64,000 nt of DNA from Bugula neritina (lineage: Eukaryota > Animalia > Bryozoa), in assembly GCA_964035545.1 (NCBI GenBank), contig OZ037769.1, forward strand, positions 9,700,433-9,764,432. The letters are read 5' to 3'. Numbering within the stretch: the stretch's first letter is position 1; each line of letters opens with the position of its first letter. Below are positions 18,301 through 35,410 of this stretch, piece after piece. Under the pieces are notes generated by a model that worked only from the letters and a program-made list of their open reading frames with translations, was not told the origin of the DNA and made no database searches. The translations under genes were made by a program, and so were the position numbers.

Positions 18301-21300
18301 AATATATAGAAATGTACTGTAACATACTGCAACATACGGAAAGATATTGAAATTTACTGCAACATACTAAAATATATGGTAACCTACTGAAAAATGTGGC
18401 AAACTAATGAAATATACTGCAACATACTGCAAGATAATGAAATATACTGAAACACTGTAACATACTGAAGTATACTGTAATATACAGAAAAGTACTGTAA
18501 CATACTGAAACATACGTCAACATATTGAAATTTACTGCAACATACTGAAATATACTGCAAGATACTGCAACACACTGAAATACCTTGTAAGGTTCTGAAA
18601 TGCAGTGCAACATACTGCAACATACTGCAACATACTGCAACATACTGAAATATATGGTAACCTACTGAAACATACTGAATTACACTGTAACATACTGAAA
18701 TACACTGCAACATCCTGCAACATACTGAAATACACTGTAACATACTGAAATACTTTGCAACACATTGGAATGTACTGCAACATAATGAAATATATGATAA
18801 CCTACTGAAATATGTTGCAAACTACTGAGATATACTGCAACATCCTTCAACATAATAAAATATATTGTAACACAGTGAAATATACTGCAAAATTTTGAAA
18901 TATACTGTAACATACTGAAACATACGCAACATACTGAAATATACTGCAGCATACTGAAATATAATGCAAGATACTGCAACATACTGAAATACACTGTAAC
19001 ATACCGAAATACACTGCAACATATTCAAATACACTGTAATATTTTGAAATACACTGCAACACATTGAAAAATACTGCAACATACTGAAGTATACTGCGAG
19101 ACATTGAAATATACTGCCACATAATGAAATATGCTGTAGCATACTGAAATACACTGCAACACATTGGAGTATACTGTACTATACAGAAATGTACTGTAAC
19201 ATACTGAAACATACGTCAACATACTAAAATGTACTGCAACATGCTGAAATACACTGCAACACATTGAAATATACTGCAACATACCGAAATATATGGTAAC
19301 CTACTGAAATACGTTGCAAACCACTGAAACATATTGCGATATACTGCAACAAAATAAAATATACTGTAACACACTAAACGATACTGCAAAATGCTGAAAT
19401 ATACTGTAACATACTGAAACATACTGCAACATACTGAACTATACTGCAACATACTGAAATATACTGCAAGATACGGCAGCATACTGAAATACACTGTAAC
19501 ATACTGAAATACACTGTAACGTATTGAAATACACTGCAACACATTGAAATATACTGCAACCTACCGAAATATATGGTAACCTACTGAAATATGTTGCAAA
19601 CCACTGAAACATACTGCGATATACTGCAACAAAATAAAATATACTGTAACACACTAAACGATACTGCAAAATGCTGAATTATACTGTAACATACTAAAAC
19701 ATACTGCAACATTCTGAAATATACTGCAACATATCGAAGTATATAGTAATATACGAACATGTACTGTAACATACCGAAACATACTGAAATATCCTGAAAC
19801 ATACTGAAATATACTAGAACATACCGAAACATACTGAAACATCCTGAAACATACTGTAATATACTAGAATATACTGAAACATACTGTAACATAAAGAAAT
19901 ATACTGTAACACACTGAAATATACGGCAAAATACCTGATTATGTTGTAACATACTGAAACATTCTGTAACATATTGAAATATACTGAAACATACTGAAAC
20001 ATACTGAAATATACCGCAACAAACCGAAATATTCGGTAACATACTGAAATAGGTTGCAAACTACTAAAACATAATGCAACATACTGCAACATATTGAAAT
20101 ACACTGCAACACATTGAATTATACTGCGTCACACTGAAAGTTACTGCAACATACTGCAACATACTGAAATACACTGCAACATACTGAAATACACTGCAAC
20201 AGATTGAAGAATACTCCAACATACTGAAATATGCTGTAGCATGCTGAAAGACACTACAACTCACTGATGTATGGTGTACTATTCAGAAATGTACTGTAAC
20301 ATACTGATATTTACTGTAACACACTGAAACATACTGCAAAATACTGAAATACACTGTAACATACTGAAATATACTGCAACATACTGCAACATACTGAAAT
20401 ACACTGTAACATACTGAAATACACTGCAACATACCGCAACACACTGCAACATACTGAAATACTTTGTAACATATTGAAATACACTGCAACGCATTGAAAT
20501 ATACAGCAACATACCGGAATATATGGTTTCGTACTGAAAAAAACTGTAGCACATTGAAACATACCGCATTATAGTGAAATACTCTGCAACACACTGTAGT
20601 ATACTGTAATATACAGAAATGTACTGTGAAATACTGAAACATACAACAACATACTGAAATATACTGCAACATATTAAATTACACATACTGAATTATAATT
20701 CAACATAGTGATAGGTTTCTAAAAATATTGAAACATACTGAAATACACTGTAAGATATTGAAATACACTGCAACACATGGGAATATACTGCGAAATATCG
20801 AAAAACATGGTAACCTACTGAAATATGTTGCAAACTACTGAGATATATTGCAACATACCTCAACATAATAAGATATACTGTAGCACAGTGAAATATACTG
20901 CAAAATTTTGAAATATACTGTAACATACTGAAACCTACGCAACATACTGAAATATACTGCAGCATACTGAAATACACTGTAACATATTGAAATACTCTGC
21001 AACACACTGAAGTATACTGTAATATACAGAAATGTACTGTAAAATACTGAAACATACTGAAACACACTACAACATACTGAAACATACTGAAACATACCGC
21101 AACAAACCGAAATATTCGGTAACATACTGAAAGAGGTTGCAAACTACTTTAAATACAATGCAACATACTGTAACATATTGAAATACACTGCAACACAATG
21201 AATTATAATGCGACACACTGAAAGTTACAGCAACACACTGCAACATACTGAAACACACTGCAACATACTGAAATACACTGTAACACATTGGAATATACTG

Positions 21301-24300
21301 CAACATACCTAAATATACAGTAAATTACTGAAATATACTTGAACACATTGAAAAATACTCCAACATACTGAAATATGCCGTAGCATGCTGAAAGACACTA
21401 CAACTCACTTATGTATAGTGTACTATTCGGAAATGTACTGTAACATACTGATATTTACTGTAACACACTGAATTATACTGCAAAATACTGAATTACACTG
21501 TAACATACTGAAATATACTGCAACATACTGCAACATACCGCAACACACTGCAACATACTGAATTACTTTGCAACATATTGAAATACACTGCAACGCATTG
21601 AAATATACAGCAACATACCGGAATATATGGTTTTGTACTGAAAAAAACTGTAACACATTGAAACATACCGCATTATAGTGAAATAGTCTGCAACGCACTG
21701 AAGTATACTGTAATATACAGAAATGTACTTTGAAAGACTGAAACATACAACAACATACAGAAATATACTAGAACATACCGAAACATACTGAAACATTCTG
21801 AAACATACTGTAATATACTAGAACATACTGAAACATACTGTAACATAAAAAAATATACTGTAACACACTGAAATATACGGCAAAATACCTGATTATGTTG
21901 TAACATACTGAAACATTCTGTAACATATTGAAATATACTGCAACATACTGAAAAATACTGCAACGTACTGCAACATACTGAAATAGACTGTAACATATTG
22001 AAATACACTGCAACACATTGGAGTAAGCTGCAACATACCTATATATACGGTAATATACTGAATGATACTGTAACACAATAAAACATACCGCATTATAGTG
22101 AAATATTCTGCAACACACTGAAGTATACTGTAATATACAGAATAATACTGCAACATACTGAAAAATACTGCAACATACTGCAACAAACTGAAATACACTG
22201 TAACATATTAAAATACACTGCAACACACTGAAGTATACTGTAATATACAGTAATGTACTGTAAAATATTGAAACATACTGAAACATACTGCAACATACTG
22301 AAACATACTGAAACATACTGAAACATACCGCAACAAACCGAAATATTCGGTAACATACTGAAATAGGTTGCAAACTACTAAAACATAATGCAACATACTG
22401 CAACATATTGAAATACACTGCAACACATTGAATTATACTGCGACACACTGAAAGTTACTGCGACATACTGCAACATACTGAAATACACTGCAACATACTG
22501 AAATACACTGCAACACATTGAAGAATACTCCAACATACTGAAATATGCTGTAGCATGCTGAAAGACACTACAACTCACTGATGTATGGTGTACTATTCAG
22601 AAATGTACTGTAACATACTGATATTTACTGTAACACACTGAAACATACTGCAAAATACTGAAATACACTGTAACATACTGAAATATACTGCAACATACTG
22701 CAACATACTGAAATACACTGTAACATACTGAAATACACTGCAACATACCGCAACACACTGCAACATACTGAAATACTTTGTAACATATTGAAATACACTG
22801 CAACGCATTGAAATATACAGCAACATAGCGGAATATATGGTTTCGTACTGAAAAAAATTGTAGCACATTGAAACATACCGCATTATAGTGAAATACTCTG
22901 CAACACACTGTAGCATACTGTAATATACAGAAATGTACTGTGAAATACTGAAACATACAACAACATACTGAAATATACTGCAACATATTAAATTACACAT
23001 ACAGAATTATAATTCAACATAGTGAGAGGTTTCTAAAAATATTGAAACATACTGAAATACACTGTAAGATATTGAAATACACTGCAACACATGGGAATAT
23101 ACTGCAAAATATCGAAAAACATGGTAACCTACTGAAATATGTTGCAAACTACTGAGATATACTGCAACATACTTCAACATAATAAAATATACTGTAACAC
23201 ACTAAACGATACTGCAAAATTCTGAAATATACTGTAATATACTAAAACATACTGCAACATTCTGAAATATACTGCAACATATCGAAGTATATAGTAATAT
23301 ACGAACATGTAGTGTAACACACTGAAACATACTGAAACATCCTGAAACATACTGTAATATACTAGAACATACCAAAACATACTGCAACATAAAGAAATAT
23401 ACTGTAACACACTGAAATATACGGCAAAATACTGGATTATGTTGTAACATACTGAAACATTCTATAACATATTGGAATATACTGCAACATACCGAAAAAT
23501 ACTGCAACATACTGCAACATACTGAAATACACTGTAAAATATTGAATAACACTGCAACACATTGGAGTAAGCTGCAACATACCTAGACATACGGTATTAT
23601 ACTGAAAGATACTGTAACACATTGAAACACACTGCAACATACTGAAATATGCTGTAGCATGCTGAAAGACACTACAACTCACTGATGTATAGTGTACTAT
23701 TCGGAAATGTACTGTAACATACTGATATTTACTGTAACACACTGAAATATACTGCAAAATACTGAAATACACTGTAACATACTGAAATATACTGCAACAT
23801 ACTGCAACATACTGCAACATACTGAAATACACTGTAACATACTGAAATACACTGCAACACACTGAAGTATACTGTAATATATAGAAATGTACTGTAACAT
23901 ACTGCAACATACGAAAAGATATTGAAATTTACTGCAACATACTAAAATATATGGTAACCTACTGAAAAATGTGGCAAACTAATGAAATATACTGCAACAT
24001 ACTGCAAGATAATGAAATATACTGAAACACTGTAACATACTGAAGTATACTGTAATATACAGAAATGTACTGTAACATACTGAAACATACGTCAACATAT
24101 TGAAATTTACTGCAACATACTGAAATATACTGCAAGATACTGCAACACACTGAAATACCTTGTAAGGTTCTGAAATGCAGTGCAACATACTGCAACATAC
24201 TGCAACATACTGCAACATACTGAAATATATGGTAACCTACTGAAACATACTGAATTACACTGTAACATACTGAAATACACTGCAACATCCTGCAACATAC

Positions 24301-27300
24301 TGAAATACACTGTAACATACTGAAATACTTTGCAACACATTGGAATGTACTGCAACATAATGAAATATATGATAACCTACTGAAATATGTTGCAAACTAC
24401 TGAGATATACTGCAACATCCTTCAACATAATAAAATATATTGTAACACAGTGAAATATACTGCAAAATTTTGAAATATACTGTAACATACTGAAACATAC
24501 GCAACATACTGAAATATACTGCAGCATACTGAAATATAATGCAAGATACTGCAACATACTGAAATACACTGTAACATACCGAAATACACTGCAACATATT
24601 CAAATACACTGTAATATTTTGAAATACACTGCAACACATTGAAAAATACTGCAACATACTGAAGTATACTGCGAGACATTGAAATATACTGCCACATAAT
24701 GAAATATGCTGTAGCATACTGAAATACACTGCAACACATTGGAGTATACTGTACTATACAGAAATGTACTGTAACATACTGAAACATACGTCAACATACT
24801 GAAATGTACTGCAACATGCTGAAATACACTGCAACACATTGAAATATACTGCAACATACCGAAATATATGGTAACCTACTGAAATACGTTGCAAACCACT
24901 GAAACATATTGCGATATACTGCAACAAAATAAAATATACTGTAACACACTAAACGATACTGCAAAATGCTGAAATATACTGTAACATACTGAAACATACT
25001 GCAACATACTGAACTATACTGCAACATACTGAAATATACTGCAAGATACGGCAGCATACTGAAATACACTGTAACATACTGAAATACACTGTAACGTATT
25101 GAAATACACTGCAACACATTGAAATATACTGCAACCTACCGAAATATATGGTAACCTACTGAAATATGTTGCAAACCACTGAAACATACTGCGATATACT
25201 GCAACAAAATAAAATATACTGTAACACACTAAACGATACTGCAAAATGCTGAATTATACTGTAACATACTAAAACATACTGCAACATTCTGAAATATACT
25301 GCAACATATCGAAGTATATAGTAATATACGAACATGTACTGTAACATACCGAAACATACTGAAATATCCTGAAACATACTGAAATATACTAGAACATACC
25401 GAAACATACTGAAACATCCTGAAACATACTGTAATATACTAGAACATACTGAAACATACTGTAACATAAAGAAATATACTGTAACACACTGAAATATACG
25501 GCAAAATACCTGATTATGTTGTAACATACTGAAACATTCTGTAACATATTGAAATATACTGAAACATACTGAAACATACTGAAATATACCGCAACAAACC
25601 GAAATATTCGGTAACATACTGAAATAGGTTGCAAACTACTAAAACATAATGCAACATACTGCAACATATTGAAATACACTGCAACACATTGAATTATACT
25701 GCGTCACACTGAAAGTTACTGCAACATACTGCAACATACTGAAATACACTGCAACATACTGAAATACACTGCAACAGATTGAAGAATACTCCAACATACT
25801 GAAATATGCTGTAGCATGCTGAAAGACACTACAACTCACTGATGTATGGTGTACTATTCAGAAATGTACTGTAACATACTGATATTTACTGTAACACACT
25901 GAAACATACTGCAAAATACTGAAATACACTGTAACATACTGAAATATACTGCAACATACTGCAACATACTGAAATACACTGTAACATACTGAAATACACT
26001 GCAACATACCGCAACACACTGCAACATACTGAAATACTTTGTAACATATTGAAATACACTGCAACGCATTGAAATATACAGCAACATACCGGAATATATG
26101 GTTTCGTACTGAAAAAAACTGTAGCACATTGAAACATACCGCATTATAGTGAAATACTCTGCAACACACTGTAGTATACTGTAATATACAGAAATGTACT
26201 GTGAAATACTGAAACATACAACAACATACTGAAATATACTGCAACATATTAAATTACACATACTGAATTATAATTCAACATAGTGATAGGTTTCTAAAAA
26301 TATTGAAACATACTGAAATACACTGTAAGATATTGAAATACACTGCAACACATGGGAATATACTGCAAAATATCGAAAAACATGGTAACCTACTGAAATA
26401 TGTTGCAAACTACTGAGATATATTGCAACATACCTCAACATAATAAGATATACTGTAGCACAGTGAAATATACTGCAAAATTTTGAAATATACTGTAACA
26501 TACTGAAACCTACGCAACATACTGAAATATACTGCAGCATACTGAAATACACTGTAACATATTGAAATACTCTGCAACACACTGAAGTATACTGTAATAT
26601 ACAGAAATGTACTGTAAAATACTGAAACATACTGAAACACACTACAACATACTGAAACATACTGAAACATACCGCAACAAACCGAAATATTCGGTAACAT
26701 ACTGAAAGAGGTTGCAAACTACTTTAAATACAATGCAACATACTGTAACATATTGAAATACACTGCAACACAATGAATTATAATGCGACACACTGAAAGT
26801 TACAGCAACACACTGCAACATACTGAAACACACTGCAACATACTGAAATACACTGTAACACATTGGAATATACTGCAACATACCTAAATATACAGTAAAT
26901 TACTGAAATATACTTGAACACATTGAAAAATACTCCAACATACTGAAATATGCCGTAGCATGCTGAAAGACACTACAACTCACTTATGTATAGTGTACTA
27001 TTCGGAAATGTACTGTAACATACTGATATTTACTGTAACACACTGAATTATACTGCAAAATACTGAATTACACTGTAACATACTGAAATATACTGCAACA
27101 TACTGCAACATACCGCAACACACTGCAACATACTGAATTACTTTGCAACATATTGAAATACACTGCAACGCATTGAAATATACAGCAACATACCGGAATA
27201 TATGGTTTTGTACTGAAAAAAACTGTAACACATTGAAACATACCGCATTATAGTGAAATAGTCTGCAACGCACTGAAGTATACTGTAATATACAGAAATG

Positions 27301-27990
27301 TACTTTGAAAGACTGAAACATACAACAACATACAGAAATATACTGCAACATATTGAATTACACTGCAACATACTGAATTATAACTCAACATAACTGATAG
27401 ATTTCTAAAAATATGGAAACATACCGAAATACACTGTAAGATATTGAAATACACTGCAACACATTGAAATATACTGCAAAATACCAAAATATATGGTAAC
27501 CTATTGAAATATGTTGCAAACTACTGAAATATAATGCAACATACTGCAACATAATAAAATATACTGTACTACGCTGAAAAATAATGCAAAATACTGAAAT
27601 ATACTGTAACATACTGAACTATACTTCAACATACTGAACTATACTGCAACATACTGAAATATACTGCAAGATACGGCAGCATACTGAATTACACTGTAAT
27701 GAACTGAAATACACTGCAACACATTGAAATATACTGCAACACACTGAAACATACGGCAACATACTGAAATATACTGCGAGACATTGAAATATACTGCAAC
27801 ATAGTGAAATATGCTGTAGCATACTGAAATACACTGCAACACACTGGAGTATACTATACTATACAGAAATGTACTGTAACATACTGAAACATACATCAAC
27901 ATACTGAAATGTACTGCAACATGCTGAATTATACTACAACATACTGCAACATACTGAAATACGCTTTAACATAATGAAATACACTGCAAC
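10067..27990. repeat. Three near-identical ~5.5-kb higher-order blocks in Sat-I (starting ~10.17, ~16.29 and ~21.87 kb)
   Basis: Constant offsets of 6126 (10192/16318, 15297/21423), 5575 (16318/21893, 21423/26998) and 11701 (10067/21768, 15918/27619). Confidence 0.9.
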
Positions 27991-30900
27991 ACATTGAAAT
28001 ATACTGCAACATACCGAAATATATGGTAACCTACTGAAATATGTTGCAAACCACTGAAACATACGGCAATATACTGCAACAAAATAAAATTTACTGCAAC
28101 ACACTGAACAATACTGCAAAAAGGCTGATATATACTGTAACATACTAAAACATACTGCAACATTCTGAAATATACAGCAACATATGGAAGTATATAGTAA
28201 TATACGAACATGTACTGTAACATACCGAAACATACTGAAACATCCTGAAACATACTGAAATATACTAGAACATACCGAAACATACTGCAACATAAAGAAA
28301 TATACTGTAACACACTGAAATATACGGCAAAATACTGGATTATGTTGTAACATACTGAAACATACTGTTACATATTGAACTATACTGCAACATACTGAAA
28401 AATACTGCAACATACTGCAACATACTGAAATACACTGTAACATATTGAAATACACTGCAACACATTGGAGTAAGCTGCAACATACTTAAATATACGGTAA
28501 TATACTGAAAGAAACTGTAACACATTAAAACATACCGCATTATAGTGAAATACTCTGCAACACACTGAAGTATACTGTAATATACAGAAAAACACTGCAA
28601 CATACTGAAAAATACTTCAACATACTGCAATATACTGAAATACACTGTAACATATTGAAATACACTGCAACACACTGAAGTATACTGTAATATACAGAAA
28701 TGTACTGTAAAATACTGAAACATACTGAAACACACTACAACATACTGAAACATACCGAAACATACCGCAACAAACCGAAATATTCGGTAACATACTGAAA
28801 TAGGTTGCAAACTACTTTAAATACAATGCAACATACTGCAACATATTGAAATACACTGCAACACAATGAATTATAATGCGACACACTGAAAGTTACTGCA
28901 ACACACTGCAACATACTGAAACACACTGCAACATACTGAAATACACTGCAACACATTGGAATATACTGCAACATACCTAAATATACAGTAAATTACTGAA
29001 ATATACTTGAACACATTGAAAAATACTCCAACACACCGAAATATGCTGTAGCATGCTGAAAGACACTACAACTCACTGATGTATAGTGTACTATTCGGAA
29101 ATGTACTGTAACATACTGATATTTACTGTAACACACTGAAATATACTGCAAAATACTGAAATACACTGTAACATACTGAAATATACTGCAACATACTGCA
29201 ACATACTGAAATACACTGTAACATACTGAAATACACTGTAAAATATTGAATAACACTGCAACACATTGGAGTAAGCTGCAACATACCTAGACATACGGTA
29301 ATATACTGAAAGATACTGTAACACATTATAACATACCGCATTATAGTGAAATACTCTGCAAAACACTGAAGTATACTGTAATATACAGAAATATACTGCA
29401 ACATACTTCAACACATTGGTATATACTGCAACACATTGAAATATACTGCAACACACTGAATCATACGGCAACATACTGAAATATACTGCGAGACATTGAA
29501 ATATACTGCAACATAGTGAAATTTGCTGTAGCATACTGAAATACACTGCAACACACTGGAGTATTCTGTACTATACAGAAATGTACTGTAACATACTGAA
29601 ACATACGTCAACATACTGAAATGTACTGCAACATGCTGAAATACACTGCAACACATTGAAATATACTGCAACATACCGAAATATATGGTAACCTACTGAA
29701 ATATGTTGCAAACCACTGAAGTATACTGTAATATACAGAAAAGTACTGTGAAATACTGAAACATACAACAACATACTGAAATATACTGCAACATATTGAA
29801 TTACACTGCAACATACTGAATTATAATTCAACATAGTGATAGATTTCTAAAAATATTGAAACATACTGAAATACACGGTGAGATATTGAAATACACTGCA
29901 ACACATTGGAATATACTGCAAAATACCAAAATATATGGTAACCTACTGAAATGAGTTGCAAACTACTGAAATATACTGCAACATATTGAATTACACTGCA
30001 ACATACTGAATTATAATTCAACATAGTGATAGATTTCTAAAAATATTGAAACATACTGAAATACACGGTGAGATATTGAAATACACTGCAACACATTGGA
30101 ATATACTGCAAAATAACAAAATACATGGTAACCTACTGAAATGAGTTGCAAACTACTGAAATATACTGCAACATACTGCAACATAATGAAATATACTCTA
30201 CTACACTGAAAAAAAATGCAAAACACTGAAATATACTGTAACATACTGAAACATACTGCAACATACTGAACTATACTGCAACATACTGAAATATACTGCA
30301 AGTTACGGCAGCATACTGAATTACACTGTAACGTACTGAAATACACTGTAACATATTGAAATACACTGCAACACATTGAAATATACTGCAACACACTGAA
30401 ACATACGGCAACATACTGAAATATACTGCGAGACATTGAAATATATTGCAACATAGTGAAGTATGCTGTAGCATACTGAAATACACTGCAACTCACTGAA
30501 ATATAGTGCAATATACAGAAATGTACTGTAACATGCTGAAATATACTGTAACACACTGAAGTATACTGTAATATACAGTAATGTACTGTAAAATATTGAA
30601 ACACAGTGAAGTATACTGTAATATACAGAAATATACTGCAACATACTGAAAAATACTGCAACATATTGCAACATACTGAAATACACTGTAACATATTGAA
30701 ATACACTGCAACACATTGGAACAAGCTGCAACATACTTAAATATATGGTAATATACTGAAATATACTGTAGCACATTAAAACATACCGCATTATAGTGAA
30801 ATATTCTGCAACACACTGAAGTATACTGTAATATACAGAATTATACTGCAACATACTGAAAAATACTGCAAAATACTGCAATATACTGAAATACACTGTA

Positions 30901-33900
30901 ACATATTGAAATACTCTGCAACACACTGAAGTATACTGTAATATACAGAAATGTACTGTAAAATACTGAAACATACTGAAACACACTACAACATACTGAA
31001 ACATACTGAAACATACCGCAACAAACCGAAATATTCGGTAACATACTGAAATAGGTTGCAAACTACTTTAGATATAATGCAACATACTGCAACATATTGA
31101 AATACACTGCAACACAATGAATTATAATGCGACACACTGAAAGTTACAGCAACACACTGCAACATACTGAAACACACTGCAACATACTGAAATACACTGT
31201 AACACATTGGAATATACTGCAACATACCTAAATATACAGTAAATTACTGAAATATACTTGAACACATTGAAAAATACTCCAACATACTGAAATATGCCGT
31301 AGCATGCTGAAAGACACTACAACTCACTTATGTATAGTGTACTATTCGGAAATGTACTGTAACATACTGATATTTACTGTAACACACTGAATTATACTGC
31401 AAAATACTGAATTACACTGTAACATACTGAAATATACTGCAACATACTGCAACATACCGCAACACACTGCAACATACTGAATTACTTTGCAACATATTGA
31501 AATACACTGCAACGCATTGAAATATACAGCAACATACCGGAATATATGGTTTTGTACTGAAAAAAACTGTAACACATTGAAACATACCGCATTATAGTGA
31601 AATAGTCTGCAACGCACTGAAGTATACTGTAATATACAGAAATGTACTTTGAAAGACTGAAACATACAACAACATACAGAAATATACTGCAACATATTGA
31701 ATTACACTGCAACATACTGAATTATAACTCAACATAACTGATAGATTTCTAAAAATATGGAAACATACCGAAATACACTGTAAGATATTGAAATACACTG
31801 CAACACATTGAAATATACTGCAAAATACCAAAATATATGGTAACCTATTGAAATATGTTGCAAACTACTGAAATATAATGCAACATACTGCAACATAATA
31901 AAATATACTGTACTACGCTGAAAAATAATGCAAAATACTGAAATATACTGTAACATACTGAACTATACTTCAACATACTGAACTATACTGCAACATACTG
32001 AAATATACTGCAAGATACGGCAGCATACTGAATTACACTGTAATGAACTGAAATACACTGCAACACATTGAAATATACTGCAACACACTGAAACATACGG
32101 CAACATACTGAAATATACTGCGAGACATTGAAATATACTGCAACATAGTGAAATATGCTGTAGCATACTGAAATACACTGCAACACACTGGAGTATACTA
32201 TACTATACAGAAATGTACTGTAACATACTGAAACATACATCAACATACTGAAATGTACTGCAACATGCTGAATTATACTACAACATACTGCAACATACTG
32301 AAATACGCTTTAACATAATGAAATACACTGCAACACATTGAAATATACTGCAACATACCGAAATATATGGTAACCTACTGAAATATGTTGCAAACCACTG
32401 AAACATACGGCAATATACTGCAACAAAATAAAATTTACTGCAACACACTGAACAATACTGCAAAAAGGCTGATATATACTGTAACATACTAAAACATACT
32501 GCAACATTCTGAAATATACAGCAACATATGGAAGTATATAGTAATATACGAACATGTACTGTAACATACCGAAACATACTGAAACATCCTGAAACATACT
32601 GAAATACACTAGAACATACCGAAACATACTGCAACATAAAGAAATATACTGTAACACACTGAAATATACGGCAAAATACTGGATTATGTTGTAACATACT
32701 GAAACATACTGTTACATATTGAACTATACTGCAACATACTGAAAAATACTGCAACATACTGCAACATACTGAAATACACTGTAACATATTGAAATACACT
32801 GCAACACATTGGAGTAAGCTGCAACATACTTAAATATACGGTAATATACTGAAAGAAACTGTAACACATTAAAACATACCGCATTATAGTGAAATACTCT
32901 GCAACACACTGAAGTATACTGTAATATACAGAAAAACACTGCAACATACTGAAAAATACTTCAACATACTGCAATATACTGAAATACACTGTAACATATT
33001 GAAATACACTGCAACACACTGAAGTATACTGTAATATACAGAAATGTACTGTAAAATACTGAAACATACTGAAACACACTACAACATACTGAAACATACC
33101 GAAACATACCGCAACAAACCGAAATATTCGGTAACATACTGAAATAGGTTGCAAACTACTTTAAATACAATGCAACATACTGCAACATATTGAAATACAC
33201 TGCAACACAATGAATTATAATGCGACACACTGAAAGTTACTGCAACACACTGCAACATACTGAAACACACTGCAACATACTGAAATACACTGCAACACAT
33301 TGGAATATACTGCAACATACCTAAATATACAGTAAATTACTGAAATATACTTGAACACATTGAAAAATACTCCAACACACCGAAATATGCTGTAGCATGC
33401 TGAAAGACACTACAACTCACTGATGTATAGTGTACTATTCGGAAATGTACTGTAACATACTGATATTTACTGTAACACACTGAAATATACTGCAAAATAC
33501 TGAAATACACTGTAACATACTGAAATATACTGCAACATACTGCAACATACTGAAATACACTGTAACATACTGAAATACACTGTAAAATATTGAATAACAC
33601 TGCAACACATTGGAGTAAGCTGCAACATACCTAGACATACGGTAATATACTGAAAGATACTGTAACACATTATAACATACCGCATTATAGTGAAATACTC
33701 TGCAACACACTGAAGTATACTGTAATATACAGAAATATACTGCAACATACTTCAACACATTGGTATATACTGCAACACATTGAAATATACTGCAACACAC
33801 TGAATCATACGGCAACATACTGAAATATACTGCGAGACATTGAAATATACTGCAACATAGTGAAATTTGCTGTAGCATACTGAAATACACTGCAACACAC

Positions 33901-35410
33901 TGGAGTATTCTGTACTATACAGAAATGTACTGTAACATACTGAAACATACGTCAACATACTGAAATGTACTGCAACATGCTGAAATACACTGCAACACAT
34001 TGAAATATACTGCAACATACCGAAATATATGGTAACCTACTGAAATATGTTGCAAACCACTGAAGTATACTGTAATATACAGAAAAGTACTGTGAAATAC
34101 TGAAACATACAACAACATACTGAAATATACTGCAACATATTGACTTACACTGCAACATACTGAATTATAATTCAACATAGTGATAGATTTCTAAAAATAT
34201 TGAAACATACTGAAATACACGGTGAGATATTGAAATACACTGCAACACATTGGAATATACTGCAAAATACCAAAATATATGGTAACCTACTGAAATGAGT
34301 TGCAAACTACTGAAATATACTGCAACATATTGAATTACACTGCAACATACTGAATTATCATTCAGCATAGTGATAGATTTCTAAAAATATTGAAACATAC
34401 TGAAATACACGGTGAGATATTGAAATACACTGCAACACATTGGAATATACTGCAAAATACCAAAATATATGGTAACCTACTGAAATGAGTTGCAAACTAC
34501 TGAAATATACTGCAACATACTGCAACATAATGAAATATACTGTACTACACTGAAAAAAAATGCAAAACACTGAAATATACTGTAACATACTGAAACATAC
34601 TGCAACATACTGAACTATACTGCAACATACTGAAATATACTGCAAGTTACGGCAGCATACTGAATTACACTGTAACGTACTGAAATACACTGTAACATAT
34701 TGAAACACACTGCAACACATTGAAATATACTGCAACACACTGAAACATACGGCAATATACTGAAATATACTGCGAGACATTGAAATATATTGCAACATAG
34801 TGAAGTATGCTGTAGCATACTGAAATACACTGCAACTCACTGAAATATAGTGCAATATACAGAAATGTACTGTAACATGCTGAAATATACTGTAACACAC
34901 TGAAGTATACTGTAATATACAGTAATGTACTGTCAAATATTGAAACACAGTGAAGTATACTGTAATATACAGAAATATACTGCAACATACTGAAAAATAC
35001 TGCAACATATTGCAACATACTGAAATACACTGTAACATATTGAAATACACTGCAACACATTGGAACAAGCTGCAACATACTTAAATATATGGTAATATAC
35101 TGAAAGATACTGTAGCACATTAAAACATACCGCATTATAGTGAAATATTCTGCAACACACTGAAGTATACTGTAATATACAGAATTATACTGCAACATAC
35201 TGAAAAATACTGCAACATACTGCAATATACTGAAATACACTGTAACATATTGAAATACTCTGCAACACACTGAAGTATACTGTAATATACAGAAATGTAC
35301 TGTAAAATACTGAAACATACTGAAACACACTACAACATACTGAAACATACTGAAACATACCGCAACAAACCGAAATATTCGGTAACATACTGAAATAGGT
35401 TGCAAACTAC
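26540..35410. repeat. Tandem duplication within Sat-I, unit 4344 bp, ~2 copies
   Basis: Constant offset of 4344 (26642/30986, 27934/32278, 29571/33915, 30841/35185). Confidence 0.9.
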
